Below, in pieces: positions 19,952 through 31,750 of a DNA stretch of 64,000 bases; within the stretch, counting starts at the first letter, position 1, and each line of letters starts with the position of its first letter. A program made the position numbers and the translations under genes. Where the stretch lies: the NCBI GenBank assembly GCA_038212275.1, contig JBBQUR010000004.1, positions 128,001-192,000 on the forward strand. The letters are read 5' to 3'. The stretch comes from Planctomycetota bacterium (GTDB lineage: Bacteria; Planctomycetota; B15-G4). The notes beneath the pieces are model-generated. The model was given only the letters and a program-made list of their open reading frames with translations, searched no databases and had not been told where the DNA came from.

Positions 19952-20015
19952 GCGTGGAGCGAATCATACGCGAGCCACCGCCTCGCGGTTGAATGCCGGG
20001 ACAGCGGCGGATGTC

Positions 20016-21827
20016 ATGGCGGACATGCAGGCGCACGACTTCAAGCCGGATCCGGACGCGTCGTCGTCGCGCGAGGCGCGTTGCGCGCCCTGGCTGCCGG
20101 GTCCGCGTGATGGCTTTGCGCGGATTCCGGTATGGCTCCTCACGGGTCTCGGTCTGGTCCTGCGGCTCGTCCGCGTCGGCGATGAGGCGCTCTGGTTCGA
20201 CGAAGTGAACACGCTCTGGCGCGCCGCCGGCGGCTCGCTGGGGCGGGTCGTGAGCCGGATCGCCGGAGATGTCCAGGCGCCGCTCTTCGACCTCATCACC
20301 TGGGCCTGGACTCGCGGGGCGACCATCACCGATGCCGGCTGGGTGAGGTTCCCGTCGGTGCTCTTTTCCACGGCGCTCATCCCCGTGACCGCGTGTTTGG
20401 CTCGCGAACTCGGCCTGCGGCGACGGGCGCAGATCGTCGCAGCGGCCTGCGTGTCCTTCGCTCCCTTCCAGCTGCGCTTCGCCCAGGAGGCGCGGCCCTA
20501 CGCGCTGCTTGCACTGCTCGCAGGAGTGCTGCTGCTGGCCGCTGCGCGCATCGCGGCGACGGGGGGGCGTCGCGGGCTGCTGCTGCTGGCCATCACGGGG
20601 CCGCTGCTCGTGATGACTCACTACTACGGCGTGCTCGCGTGGCTGGCGATCGTCGCCGCGCTGCTGCTCGACGCGGCGGCGTGCCAGACGCGTCTGCCAC
20701 GCATGCTCGCTTCATGCCTGCCCGCGCTCGTCGCGCTGCTGCTGTGGTCGCCGGTGGCCTGGCGGCAGTTTCAGCTCAAGGAAATGAACGGCGTCTACGG
20801 TCCGCTCGACGGGAAGGCCTTGCTGGAGTTGCTCGATGCCGGGGCGATGCACGCGCCGCTCACCGCATCACCCGAGTCGCTCGCCGGTGCTCTCGGTGGC
20901 GTGGCCGGCGCTGCCCCGGCGGCCGTGTGGATCGGACGCGTGCTGCTCCTGGCGCTGCTCGTGGCCGGCGCCTGGGGTTGCTGGCGGATCGGTCGGTGCC
21001 GCGTCGCCGGCGTGTCGTGTCGCGGGCCGGCCGCGGCGCTCCTGGCAGTTGCGGGGCTGTTGCTGCTTGGCGGCAGCCTCGTGCCGGCATCGGCATGGGC
21101 TGACGTCGCCAGCGCCGTCTTCAAGGGCGGACGCCCGCTGGATGCGGAGAATCTTGCAGCGTTGCAGCAGTTGCGCTCCTTCGCGCCACGTCTCGCCGGT
21201 GGCGTCGTCATCGCGGCATGTCTGGTGCTTGTCGTGCTGCCGGCGTGGGTTCGCCGCGGGGGGTGGCGCCTGCCTGCGCCTGCCTGGCCTGTCCTCGCGA
21301 TCTCGCTGCCGCTGCTGGCGGTGGCCGTGCTCGATCGCACGGGAAAGCACACGCTTGCGACGCGCAATCTCATCGGGCTTGCCGCGCCCTGCGCCGTCCT
21401 CGTCGCCGCCGGAACGGAGCGACTGCGAACGCGCTCCGCCGCCGCCGAACGCATCGCGCTGGGCGTCCTGGCCTCACTCCTGCTCGTGTCGCTGTTTGCC
21501 TATCCGGTGTGGTCTGCCAAGGCGGACTGGAACGGCGCCGCACTTGCCGTGGAGGGCAGCGGCGCGGAGCCGCTTGCCGCGCCGCCGTGGATCGCGCGCT
21601 GCGTGGAGTTCCACACGCACAGGCCATGGAACACGGTCTTCGGCAGTCGCAATCCGGAAGAGGTCCGCGCCTGGCTCGCGAGCCGGCAGCGCGTCATGCT
21701 CGTTCGTCAGTTCGACGACATCGAAGACAACGGACCGGTGGTGGCAGAACTCACCGCTCGATTCGGACCACCGGTCGTCGGCGTCTTCCGCGGCGGGCTG
21801 CGCTGCGAGTTGTACGGCGCGCCCTGA
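20016..21827 (+). CDS. GT-C fold membrane glycosyltransferase (GT39/ArnT/PMT-like)
   Basis: LWFDE, QAPLF, RFPSVLF, AQEARPYAL, THYYG motifs with many TM helices. Confidence 0.85.
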   Translation: MADMQAHDFKPDPDASSSREARCAPWLPGPRDGFARIPVWLLTGLGLVLRLVRVGDEALWFDEVNTLWRAAGGSLGRVVSRIAGDVQAPLFDLITWAWTRGATITDAGWVRFPSVLFSTALIPVTACLARELGLRRRAQIVAAACVSFAPFQLRFAQEARPYALLALLAGVLLLAAARIAATGGRRGLLLLAITGPLLVMTHYYGVLAWLAIVAALLLDAAACQTRLPRMLASCLPALVALLLWSPVAWRQFQLKEMNGVYGPLDGKALLELLDAGAMHAPLTASPESLAGALGGVAGAAPAAVWIGRVLLLALLVAGAWGCWRIGRCRVAGVSCRGPAAALLAVAGLLLLGGSLVPASAWADVASAVFKGGRPLDAENLAALQQLRSFAPRLAGGVVIAACLVLVVLPAWVRRGGWRLPAPAWPVLAISLPLLAVAVLDRTGKHTLATRNLIGLAAPCAVLVAAGTERLRTRSAAAERIALGVLASLLLVSLFAYPVWSAKADWNGAALAVEGSGAEPLAAPPWIARCVEFHTHRPWNTVFGSRNPEEVRAWLASRQRVMLVRQFDDIEDNGPVVAELTARFGPPVVGVFRGGLRCELYGAP

Positions 21828-21833
21828 GCGCTC

Positions 21834-24800
21834 TCACTGCCGCGTGAAGGTCTCTGTCGTGATGCTCTGGGACAGGCCGCTGCTCGGCCCGCCTCCGGTG
21901 ACGAAGATGCGGCTCTGGAAGAGCACCGGCCAGATGCCGTGACGTGCGGTCGGCATCGGCGCTTCGAGGCGCCAGAGGTTGGTCACCGGGTTGTAGACGT
22001 CCACGCGGTCGTACGTGTTCTGGGCATTGGCGCCGGGACCGTTCAAGGTCTCGCCTCCCATCACGTAGAACTCGCCCTGGTAGTAGACCGCGTGTCCCAT
22101 GCCGCCGCGACCGATCGGCAGCGGCGCCAGCGTGGAGCCGACGTCAGCGCTGGTGATCCACGTGTTGGCGATCGGATCGTAGATCTCCACCGTGTCGAAG
22201 CCGTTGGCCACGGTGTTGTTGTTGCCGCTGCCGAAGCCGCGCCCGCCGAAGACGAAGAATCTGCTGCCGTTCGTTCCGCCGGCCGCATGATTGCGGCCCA
22301 GGTGGAACGGCAGCGACTGCTTGCTCGTCCACGTGTTCGCAACCGGGTCGTACACCGCGCAGAGGTCCACCGTCTGAGCGGATGCGATGCCTCCCGCCGC
22401 GTAGATCTTGCCGCCGATGACCGCGGTGGAGACGGAACCGCCGGCCCAGGGCATGGGCGCACCGAGCGACCACGAGTTGGCTACCGGGTCATAGATCTGG
22501 ACCATGCCCTCGGCTCCGTTGAGCAAGCCACCGATCACGTAGAGCTTTCCGTTGACGACCTCGACGGCGTGGTGGTCGCCCGGGAAGGGCCGGTTGGGCT
22601 TCTGCGACCAGAGGCGCGTGGTCACGTCCAGGGCGTAGGTCTTGAACGTGCTTCCGCCGACCGCGTAGAGCACGCCGTTGATCTCGCCGCACGCGACCTC
22701 GCTCATGGCCTGCGGAATGCTGGCGGTCGTGCTCCAGGCGCCGGGCTCGTGTCCCGGCGTCGGGAACAGGTAGCGGAACGCGGCGGGCAGCGTGTCGCTC
22801 GTGGCGCCGGAGGTCACGACCACGTCGAGCAGCGCGGTGGTGGGAGAGGGTTGGACGGGCAGCACGCCGCGGATGCGGGTCGGACTCACCGAGGTGATCG
22901 TTGCCGGCAGCCCGCCGATGCTCACCGTCGTGTTGCCGAGCGTTCCGAAGTGCGCTCCGCCGATCACGAAAGGTTGCCCGCCGGTGGAGGGCGCGCGCCA
23001 AGGGAAGATGTCGTAGGCGGTGAGGCCGAGCGCCGCGAGATCGGACGGCACGGCGACGTGAACCTCGTCGCTGGTGTAGTCCATCGCGAGCATCGCGCCG
23101 CCGGGGCCGACCTGGATGTCGAGGGGCGACATGTTCGGGCCGAAGGTCTGAGTCGAGATGACCGTGCGCCCGTCGGAGGAGAGCACGACGCGGCGCGTGC
23201 TGCTGTTCCATTTCTGCACGAGCAGGTTGCCGCGCATCTGCCCGAGGAAGGTGTCCGCCCGGTATTCGCAGATGCCGCCTGTGCCGGCGGAAATGGTGAT
23301 CATCGTCTGCGCGAACTGGTTCGGGATGGAGGGCACCGAGGTGTCGCGATAGATGTTCTGGCGCGCGTCAGTGCGGCCGCGCGAGCGATTCGGCGAGCCG
23401 TAGTAGTTGTCGTACTCGAGCAGCAGCAGCTCATCGGGCTGGCTCGGCTCGCCGCTCTGCGTGTTCGGCCCCGTGGAAGCGACACCGAAGCCGGTGTTCG
23501 GCCCGTTGTCCGTGGCGTACAGACGCTTGCTGGTCGTGTAGACGATGTCGTAGGGGTTCCGCGTGCCGGGTGCCTGCACGTGGACGTGGCAGCCTGGCGC
23601 GACGTCGGACAGCTCGCCCAGCACCTGGTCATCGTTCGGAATGCCGGTCGACGTGGTGACGTAGGTGATCGCGCCGTTGAAGTCGGGCCGCGAGGTCTCG
23701 GCCTTGAGCACGGCCGCCGAAAGGGGCGACTCGGGCGTGTCGCCGCTCGTCGGGTACTTGACGCCCGCATTGGTGTTGCTGCCCACGGTCATCAGCAGGT
23801 CGCCGTTGTTGTCGAACTGCATGCCGTTGAGCGCGTGGTCGTGATTGCTCGTCGGCAGTCCGGTGATGAGCGGCGTAGACCCGTTGAAGTTCGGCCCCGT
23901 GATGACGGAGACCATGCCGATGTAGGGGAAGGGGCCCGCGAACGGGCCGCCGCCCTTGGAATAGATCAGGCTGTGCGCGACGTAGATGCGCACCGGACTT
24001 GGCGGGTCGTAGGGATTGAAGGCGAGCCCGAGAATGTCGTCGTTGTCGAGCTGCGAGATCCCGAGGTAGCTGGTGACGTTCGTCACCGCGTAGTTGTCGT
24101 CGAAGGTGATGGCGAAGATGCGCCCGTGGATGGTGCCGACGTAGAATCGTCCGTCCGGACCCCAGTCGCCGCAGGTGGGTTTCGCGATGCCGAGCGACGG
24201 CAGCAGTTCCGTGAAGTTGATGGGCGGCGTGCCGTCGGCCACGTACTCGAAGGGGAGCGCGTTGCTGGTGCCCTGCGGGGTCTGCACGGTGACGGCGATG
24301 ACTCCGGTGGCGTGAGCAGGCGAGAGGAACTGGATGCTGGTCGGCGTCTCGGCTGTGAAATCGACGGCCGTCAGGTTGATGTCGCCCCAGTGCACCGTGA
24401 GCGCGCCCGCCGGGAAGAAACCGATGCCCGTGATCTCGATGGCATTGCCACCCAGCGTGATGCCCTGGGTCTGCATGGAGTTGAGCACCGGCTTCTGGGC
24501 CACCTCGTCGTGGGTGAGGAGTGCCATGGAGATGGGCAGCGGCCCGCTGCCGGAGTCCAGCAACACTTCGACAGGAAGGTCGGCCAGCGAAATGATCGCG
24601 AACCGGGCCTCGACCGTGTGTGCGCCTGCGGCGAGCGCCAGCGGCCCGGCAACCGGGGCGCCGTCCACGAAGAGACGACTGTCGCTGCCTCCCGTGACGC
24701 TGAAGGTGAACGAGCCGGGGTTCGCCAGCAGAACGCTGGCCTGCATGCGCACCATCACGTTCTCGCTGTAGGTCGTGCCGCCGACCGCGCCCTGATCCTG

Positions 24801-26846
24801 CACGAGCATCTCGTCGCGGATCTCGGCGAAGCTTGCCTGTACCGGCGGTGCATCGAGGAGCGTGAGCGGCGACGGCGTACCGCCGGTGGCGTAGTACAGG
24901 ACGAGCACACCCGGCACCGACGACGGCGAGACGACCGAGAAACTGGCCGAGCCGGTCAGTGTCATGGGCGGCATGTTGTCGTCGGAGATGGTGAGGTCCA
25001 CCGTGTGCATGCCGAGCCCGAACGTGGGAGTGACGACCGGCGCGGTGCCGAGTTGCACCGCGCCTTCGGCCCATGCATACCCGGCGATCTCGTGCTCCTG
25101 CTCGTGCGTGTGGGAGAAGCTGCCGTCGAGCGCGACCTCTTCATCGCCCGATCCGTCGTAGTCCACGGTGACGAGCGGTGCGTCGATGACGACGTGCAGG
25201 AAAGGATTTCCCGAGCCGCCGCCGATACCGGCGAGTGCGAGCGTGGCCGGAGCGAAGTTTCCATGGAACACGACCTTGACGTCGTTCTCCATGTGATGCG
25301 TGACCAGGAAGGTGACGTCGATGACGACGGACTGCCCGACGCGCAGCGCGAGCGCGGCCGGCACGGTGATGTCGGTGTCACTTCCCGTGTAAGTCTCGCC
25401 CAGGATGGTGACGCTGAACTCGTGACCGGCGCCGCCTCCGGGACCGATGAGGAACGCGAGGCTGTCGACGATCGCGGTCGCCGTGCCGGTGTTCGTCACC
25501 GTGACGGGCAGCGAGAGGCTCTGCCCTTCGGCGAGTGCGCCGAAATTCAGCGCCGGCGGATCGAGACTCAGCGCCGGGATGGTGGCGCGCACCTCGAGCG
25601 CCGAGAGGATCGCGTTCCCGACGGACGAGGACAGCTCGATGTCGAGCGTGCCATCGGAAACGTCGACGGACACGTGGGCGACGTAAGCCATGTCGGCTCC
25701 GGCCAGCGCGACGAGGTCGATGTCCGGGAGGACCGTCGCGCTCTCGATGTCCACGCTGAAGACGCGTTCGCCGACGAGGGTGGCATCCGGATCGGCGAAG
25801 TGAAGCGCCACGTCGTAGGTGCCGACCGGCAGATCGAAGTGATACGCGAAGGCCGTGCCTTCGCGGTAGCTCTGGTAGAGCTCGTCCTCGTGCGTGCCTG
25901 AAATCGGGTCGGTCGTCGTGCCGGACGAGCCGCCGGTGAAGCCGAAGTCGCTGGCCCACATCTGCATGTTGCCGTCGAAGTACTCCGGGCCGCCCGCATT
26001 GAGCAGGATCTCCGCGCCGACCGGACCAAGGCCGACGCCGCTGAGCTCGACGCTGGCCGGGGCAAATCCGTTGGGGAGCCCCGACTGCATGAGTTGCAGC
26101 GTGGCATGCCTCTCGCCCGTGAACATCGGCGCGAAGCCCACCACCACGTGGGTGCTTGCGCCCGGAGCCAGCACGAAGGGCACGGCTTCCTCGAAGGCCG
26201 CGCTGAACTCGATGGCGCTGCCGTTGTAGACGAGCGCATCGTTGAGCGTGACCGGAAGCGACGTGTCGTTCGTGACCGTCAGCATCTGGTCCGCAGCCGC
26301 ATAACCCGCGACGGTGGGCGGGAAGGTCAGCTCCGTGGCGTCCGGTGTCACCGCCGACGTGAAGTGCAGCTGGAGTCCCTGCGTGAGCACGATGCTCAGC
26401 GGGTCGGCGCTCTCGAAGACGACGAACTGGAAGAACAGGTCGGTGCCGAAGCCCGCAGGATTCTTGAAGCCGAGCGAGATGTTGCCGGACGCGTTGGCCG
26501 GGATGACGAGCATGATGTCGGTGGAGCACTGCAGCGAGCAGCCTGCGTTCACGCCGGCGAATGACGTCAGGTCGTACGGCAGAGGCAGGCCATTGGAGTT
26601 CGTCTTCGACGTGCCGATGATGAGCACGGTGGTCGCGTTGGGTGCGGCGCCGGTGAGATGCACGGCGCCCTGCGCTCCGGGCGTGGACGAGCCCGTGTGG
26701 CTGATCACCGGTTCGGGCAACGTGCCGGAACATCCGGAGCCGTAGGTGGTGGCCTGCGCCGCAGCGCGGTTCCCGACCAGCAACGTGAAAGCGAAGATCA
26801 GCAGCGGGATGACCGCCCGCTGGACGGGACGAACGCGCGCTCGCAT
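21834..26846 (-). CDS. Large secreted multidomain protein, paralog of 16058-19951 with extra Ig-like and malectin domains
   Basis: Signal peptide (…AAAQ), YGSGC module, Ig-like LTVTN domains, malectin (LNAGG..Y.D...ELYQSYREG...LHFAD...RVFSV.I), then the same PKD/IPT/propeller/Kelch order; ends ETFTRQ. Confidence 0.85.
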   Translation of the reverse strand: MRARVRPVQRAVIPLLIFAFTLLVGNRAAAQATTYGSGCSGTLPEPVISHTGSSTPGAQGAVHLTGAAPNATTVLIIGTSKTNSNGLPLPYDLTSFAGVNAGCSLQCSTDIMLVIPANASGNISLGFKNPAGFGTDLFFQFVVFESADPLSIVLTQGLQLHFTSAVTPDATELTFPPTVAGYAAADQMLTVTNDTSLPVTLNDALVYNGSAIEFSAAFEEAVPFVLAPGASTHVVVGFAPMFTGERHATLQLMQSGLPNGFAPASVELSGVGLGPVGAEILLNAGGPEYFDGNMQMWASDFGFTGGSSGTTTDPISGTHEDELYQSYREGTAFAYHFDLPVGTYDVALHFADPDATLVGERVFSVDIESATVLPDIDLVALAGADMAYVAHVSVDVSDGTLDIELSSSVGNAILSALEVRATIPALSLDPPALNFGALAEGQSLSLPVTVTNTGTATAIVDSLAFLIGPGGGAGHEFSVTILGETYTGSDTDITVPAALALRVGQSVVIDVTFLVTHHMENDVKVVFHGNFAPATLALAGIGGGSGNPFLHVVIDAPLVTVDYDGSGDEEVALDGSFSHTHEQEHEIAGYAWAEGAVQLGTAPVVTPTFGLGMHTVDLTISDDNMPPMTLTGSASFSVVSPSSVPGVLVLYYATGGTPSPLTLLDAPPVQASFAEIRDEMLVQDQGAVGGTTYSENVMVRMQASVLLANPGSFTFSVTGGSDSRLFVDGAPVAGPLALAAGAHTVEARFAIISLADLPVEVLLDSGSGPLPISMALLTHDEVAQKPVLNSMQTQGITLGGNAIEITGIGFFPAGALTVHWGDINLTAVDFTAETPTSIQFLSPAHATGVIAVTVQTPQGTSNALPFEYVADGTPPINFTELLPSLGIAKPTCGDWGPDGRFYVGTIHGRIFAITFDDNYAVTNVTSYLGISQLDNDDILGLAFNPYDPPSPVRIYVAHSLIYSKGGGPFAGPFPYIGMVSVITGPNFNGSTPLITGLPTSNHDHALNGMQFDNNGDLLMTVGSNTNAGVKYPTSGDTPESPLSAAVLKAETSRPDFNGAITYVTTSTGIPNDDQVLGELSDVAPGCHVHVQAPGTRNPYDIVYTTSKRLYATDNGPNTGFGVASTGPNTQSGEPSQPDELLLLEYDNYYGSPNRSRGRTDARQNIYRDTSVPSIPNQFAQTMITISAGTGGICEYRADTFLGQMRGNLLVQKWNSSTRRVVLSSDGRTVISTQTFGPNMSPLDIQVGPGGAMLAMDYTSDEVHVAVPSDLAALGLTAYDIFPWRAPSTGGQPFVIGGAHFGTLGNTTVSIGGLPATITSVSPTRIRGVLPVQPSPTTALLDVVVTSGATSDTLPAAFRYLFPTPGHEPGAWSTTASIPQAMSEVACGEINGVLYAVGGSTFKTYALDVTTRLWSQKPNRPFPGDHHAVEVVNGKLYVIGGLLNGAEGMVQIYDPVANSWSLGAPMPWAGGSVSTAVIGGKIYAAGGIASAQTVDLCAVYDPVANTWTSKQSLPFHLGRNHAAGGTNGSRFFVFGGRGFGSGNNNTVANGFDTVEIYDPIANTWITSADVGSTLAPLPIGRGGMGHAVYYQGEFYVMGGETLNGPGANAQNTYDRVDVYNPVTNLWRLEAPMPTARHGIWPVLFQSRIFVTGGGPSSGLSQSITTETFTRQ

Positions 26847-27194
26847 GGTCAGTGTCCGCCGAAGGCCATTCGGGTGGCCGTCCGACGCCTCTGGTCCGGG
26901 ATGAAGTCGGGATACCGAGGGGGAGGCCCCGGCAGGTGCGGAACCAAGTGTAGCGCGATTCATGTTCGAGCAGGCGGCGTACACGAGTGAACCGGCTGGG
27001 GGCTGGGAGCGTCGGGGACCGAGGAGGAGAGGGGAGCCTCCTCGCGGAATGAAGCTCACCCGGCCTGAACCTTTCGGCGCTTCCCCTCCCGCGCTGAAGG
27101 AATGTCGCGTTCCGAGCGGCTCGGCAAGGAGCAGCGGCAGAAAGCGGCATCAAACGATCGCTGCGGGAGGACGCCGTTGGCTAGACTCCTCGCC

Positions 27195-28223
27195 ATGTCA
27201 TGGTGCCGACCACGCGCGAGCCTGTTGACCATCGCTTTGCTGGCCTGCAGTCCGGCAGGCCCGACCGGCGCCGCCGCGCAGTCCGCACCGGAGCAGCCGC
27301 CCGCCACCGGAGGACGGCCTGCCGCCGGGCCCGCAGTCGCGCCCGAAATCGCTCCGGGAATCGCGCCGGCAGCCGCTCCCGGCAAGCCCCGCGCCCACCT
27401 CTTCGACGAGGCCTTCGTGCAGGGCATCTATGTCCAGGCCGTCTCCGCGCTGCGCGACGGGGCGCAGATCGAGTTGCTCGAGCCCGTGCCCGCCGTGCTG
27501 CTCACCGCCGAGGAGGCGCGCGCCCGTCGTGCGGCCTACAGCAGGAGCCTGCGGGAGGATGCCGGCGTCACTGCCGCGATCGACCTCGCAGCGGACTTCG
27601 TGTTCTCGGAGTCCATGCTCGGGCGCTATCTGCCCGACGAGAAGGTGCTCTACATCATGGAGGAAGTGCTGGAGAGCAATTCCGGAGGCGATCGGGACGT
27701 CGCGCGCGAGCAGCTCTTCGGCGTGATGGCACACGAACTCGTGCATGCGCACGATGACCAGGTCTACAAGACGCTGCCCACGCCCGCCGTGCTGCTGGAG
27801 GTCGCCGCCGACGGGAAGAAGCTCGCCGACATCCAGGCGCTCATGACGCTGCTCGAAGGCCACGCGACCTATGCGGCGGAACTCGCGAGCCTGCACACCG
27901 GGCGCCGGCCCCTGGAGGTGATGACGGTCGAGCAGGCGCGTCGTGCCCGCGTCATGTCGGGCGGCGACGACCCGCTGAAGCAGATCGGCAGCGACATCAT
28001 GAACACGATCGCCCGCACGAAGCTCGTGCAGTACGCCTACGGCCGCGAGTTCTGCAAGGATGCCTACAGCTTCGGAGGAGAACGCTTCATCGGCGAGGTC
28101 TTCACGCACCTGCCCCTCTCCATCGCGGAAACGGAGAACTTCGAACTCTTCAAGCAGCGCTGGGCAAGCGAGATGGAGGCTGCCGAGGAGGCCGGTGCAG
28201 TCGAGAATGCCGCGGCCCAGGTG

Positions 28224-28235
<12 letters not shown>
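27195..28235 (+). CDS. Exported zincin-type (HEXXH) metallopeptidase-like protein
   Basis: Signal/lipobox-like LLAC, MAHELVHAHDDQ, downstream LLEGHA third ligand, YAYG. Confidence 0.7.
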
Positions 28236-29704
<1,469 letters not shown>

Positions 29705-29708
<4 letters not shown>

Positions 29709-31192
29709 GTCGCGCCTCCGAAGCCGGGACAGCGCTCGGGCTCGCCGCGTGCGGCCTCGAATGCCACGGCCGCGGCCAGCACGCGATGATCCTCGCCGGC
29801 GCGCCCGCAGATCTGCAGGCCGACGGGAAGTGGCGCTGCGGCGCCCGCAGCGGCGGTGAGGCCGCACGGCACGGAGATGGAGGGAAGCCCCGCGAGACAC
29901 GCCGGCGCCGTGAGCAGGTCGCAGAGGTACATCGCGTAGGGATCGCTGCTGCGCTCGCCCAGCCGGAAGGCGGGAAAAGGCGAGGTGGGTCCCAGGAGCA
30001 GATCATGCCGCTCGAACAGCGCCTCGAACTCACGCTGGATGAGTCGTCGCACCGAAAGCGCCTTCTTGTACCAGGCGTCGTAGTAGCCCGAGGACAGCGC
30101 GAAGGTGCCGAGCATGATGCGCCGGCGCACTTCCGGGCCGAAGAGCCGGCCGCGCGTGCGCTCATAGGTGTCGAGCAGCTCCGCGCCCTGCTCGCGCGGG
30201 CCGAAGCGGATGCCGTCGAAGCGCGCCAGATTGCTGCATGCCTCACTCGACGCCACGATGTAGTAGACGGGGATCGAGTGACTCATGTGCGCGAGCAGGC
30301 CGTGTGGAAGGCGCGTCACGTGCGCGCCGCCGCGGGCGAAGAGCTCCAGCGCCTCCTCGATGCGTTCACGCACGCCGCCGTCGACGTTGTCGTCGAGGAA
30401 CTCCGCGGGAATCGCGACGCGCAGACCCGCGAGCGTCGTCGGTGCGTCGGTGGAGGGCGTGCGCGGTCCCGGCCACGTCGTGCTGTCCCGCGGGTCGTGG
30501 CCCGCGAGGATGTCGTGCACGAGCGCCGCGTCGCTGGCATGCGCGGTGATGGGGCCGATGACGTCGAGCGAGCTGCCGAAGGCCACGAGGCCGAAGCGCG
30601 AGACGGCGCCGTAGGTCGGCTTGAAGCCGCTCACGCCGCACAGGGCCGCGGGCTGCCTGATGGAGCCGCCGGTCTCGCTGCCGAGCGCGATGGGCACGAT
30701 GCCGGCGCCGACGGCGGCCGCACTGCCGCCGCTGCTGCCGCCCGGCACGCGCGCAAGATCCCAGGGATTGTGCGTTGCGCCGTAGGCGGAGTTCTCGGTG
30801 GACGCGCCCATCGCGAACTCGTCGAGATTCGTCCGGCCGACGAGCACGGCGCCTTCCGCGAGCAGGCGTTCCGCGGCGTGGCTCGTGTAAGGCGCCCGGT
30901 ATCCGGACAGGATCCGTGAGCCCGCCGTGAGCGTTCGGCCGGTGACCGCGATGTTGTCCTTGATCGAGACGGGCACGCCGGCGAGGCGCCCCGGGTCGCG
31001 GCCCTCGCGCACGAGGCCTGCCACGTGACGCGCACGCTCCAGGGCGTACTCGCCATCTTCGTCGAGGTAGGCGTGGAGTGCCGGGTTGCGCCCGCGCAGT
31101 CGCGTGAGCGCGGCCTCCGCGAGCGCCACCGGATCGGTCCGGCCGGCGCGCACGTCGGCGGCGAGATCTGCTGCCGTCGGCGTGACGGTCAC
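29705..31192 (-). CDS. gatA: Asp/Glu-tRNA amidotransferase subunit A
   Basis: IKDNI, DEFAMG, PGGSSGGSAAAV, GSETGGSIRQPA, SNLARFDG, EVRRRIMLGT. Confidence 0.97.
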
Positions 31193-31587
31193 TCGTCGGC
31201 TCCGGGATCCTCGTCGGGCGAGTGCGCCGACGAGGTCGCCGGCGCAGGAGCATCGTCGACGCCGAAGTCCGTGTCGAGCACGGCCGGCACGACGTAGAAG
31301 CCCTCGCGCCCGTGCGCCGTGAGCGCGAGCAGGCTGCTGCGCGGCTGCGGGAACGGAACAATCACGTCCGCGGCCGGCACGCCGCTGTCGCCCAGGGCGT
31401 GCACGAGCGGCTCGACGCCGGTCGTGTCCACGGCCTGCAACGCGTGGAAGTGGCCCAGAATCGTGCCGAGCTGCTCGGCCGTCCGCTGGATCTCGGCCTC
31501 GTCGAGGCCGAGTCGCGCGAGATGCGCCACGCGCCGCACGGTCGCGGTGTCGATGCCGTGGTCGGACTGCCCGCTCCGCGTGTTCAT
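31189..31587 (-). CDS. gatC: Asp/Glu-tRNA amidotransferase subunit C
   Basis: VRRVAHLARL, VDTTGVEP, FYVVPAV; first gene of gatCAB. Confidence 0.92.
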   Translation of the reverse strand: MNTRSGQSDHGIDTATVRRVAHLARLGLDEAEIQRTAEQLGTILGHFHALQAVDTTGVEPLVHALGDSGVPAADVIVPFPQPRSSLLALTAHGREGFYVVPAVLDTDFGVDDAPAPATSSAHSPDEDPGADE

Positions 31588-31750
31588 GCTGACTTCCGGC
31601 GCTCCTGCGACATCGTTCGAATGCCAGCGCGGATGCTAGACAACTGCGCGCAGGCGCGAAACACGTTTCGACGGCGACGCCCGCAACGCGGCACGCGCAG
31701 GGCGCCGCAGCCGCACGCGCGGCCGGGTCCGGACGCTAGACTGGCGCGCC

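Noticed and set aside
16004..25901. Very long antisense ORFs (e.g. 16004-19435, 21939-25901; also 54496-57936, 11861-14437)
   Set aside because: Shadow ORFs opposite well-supported genes, expected at high GC; no recognisable motifs.
26847..27194. Riboswitch upstream of the malectin/Kelch gene (hairpin CGAGGAGG/CCTCCTCG; GCGCCGAAAGG)
   Set aside because: No complete aptamer consensus; a TACACT -10-like box lies downstream of these hairpins on the minus strand.
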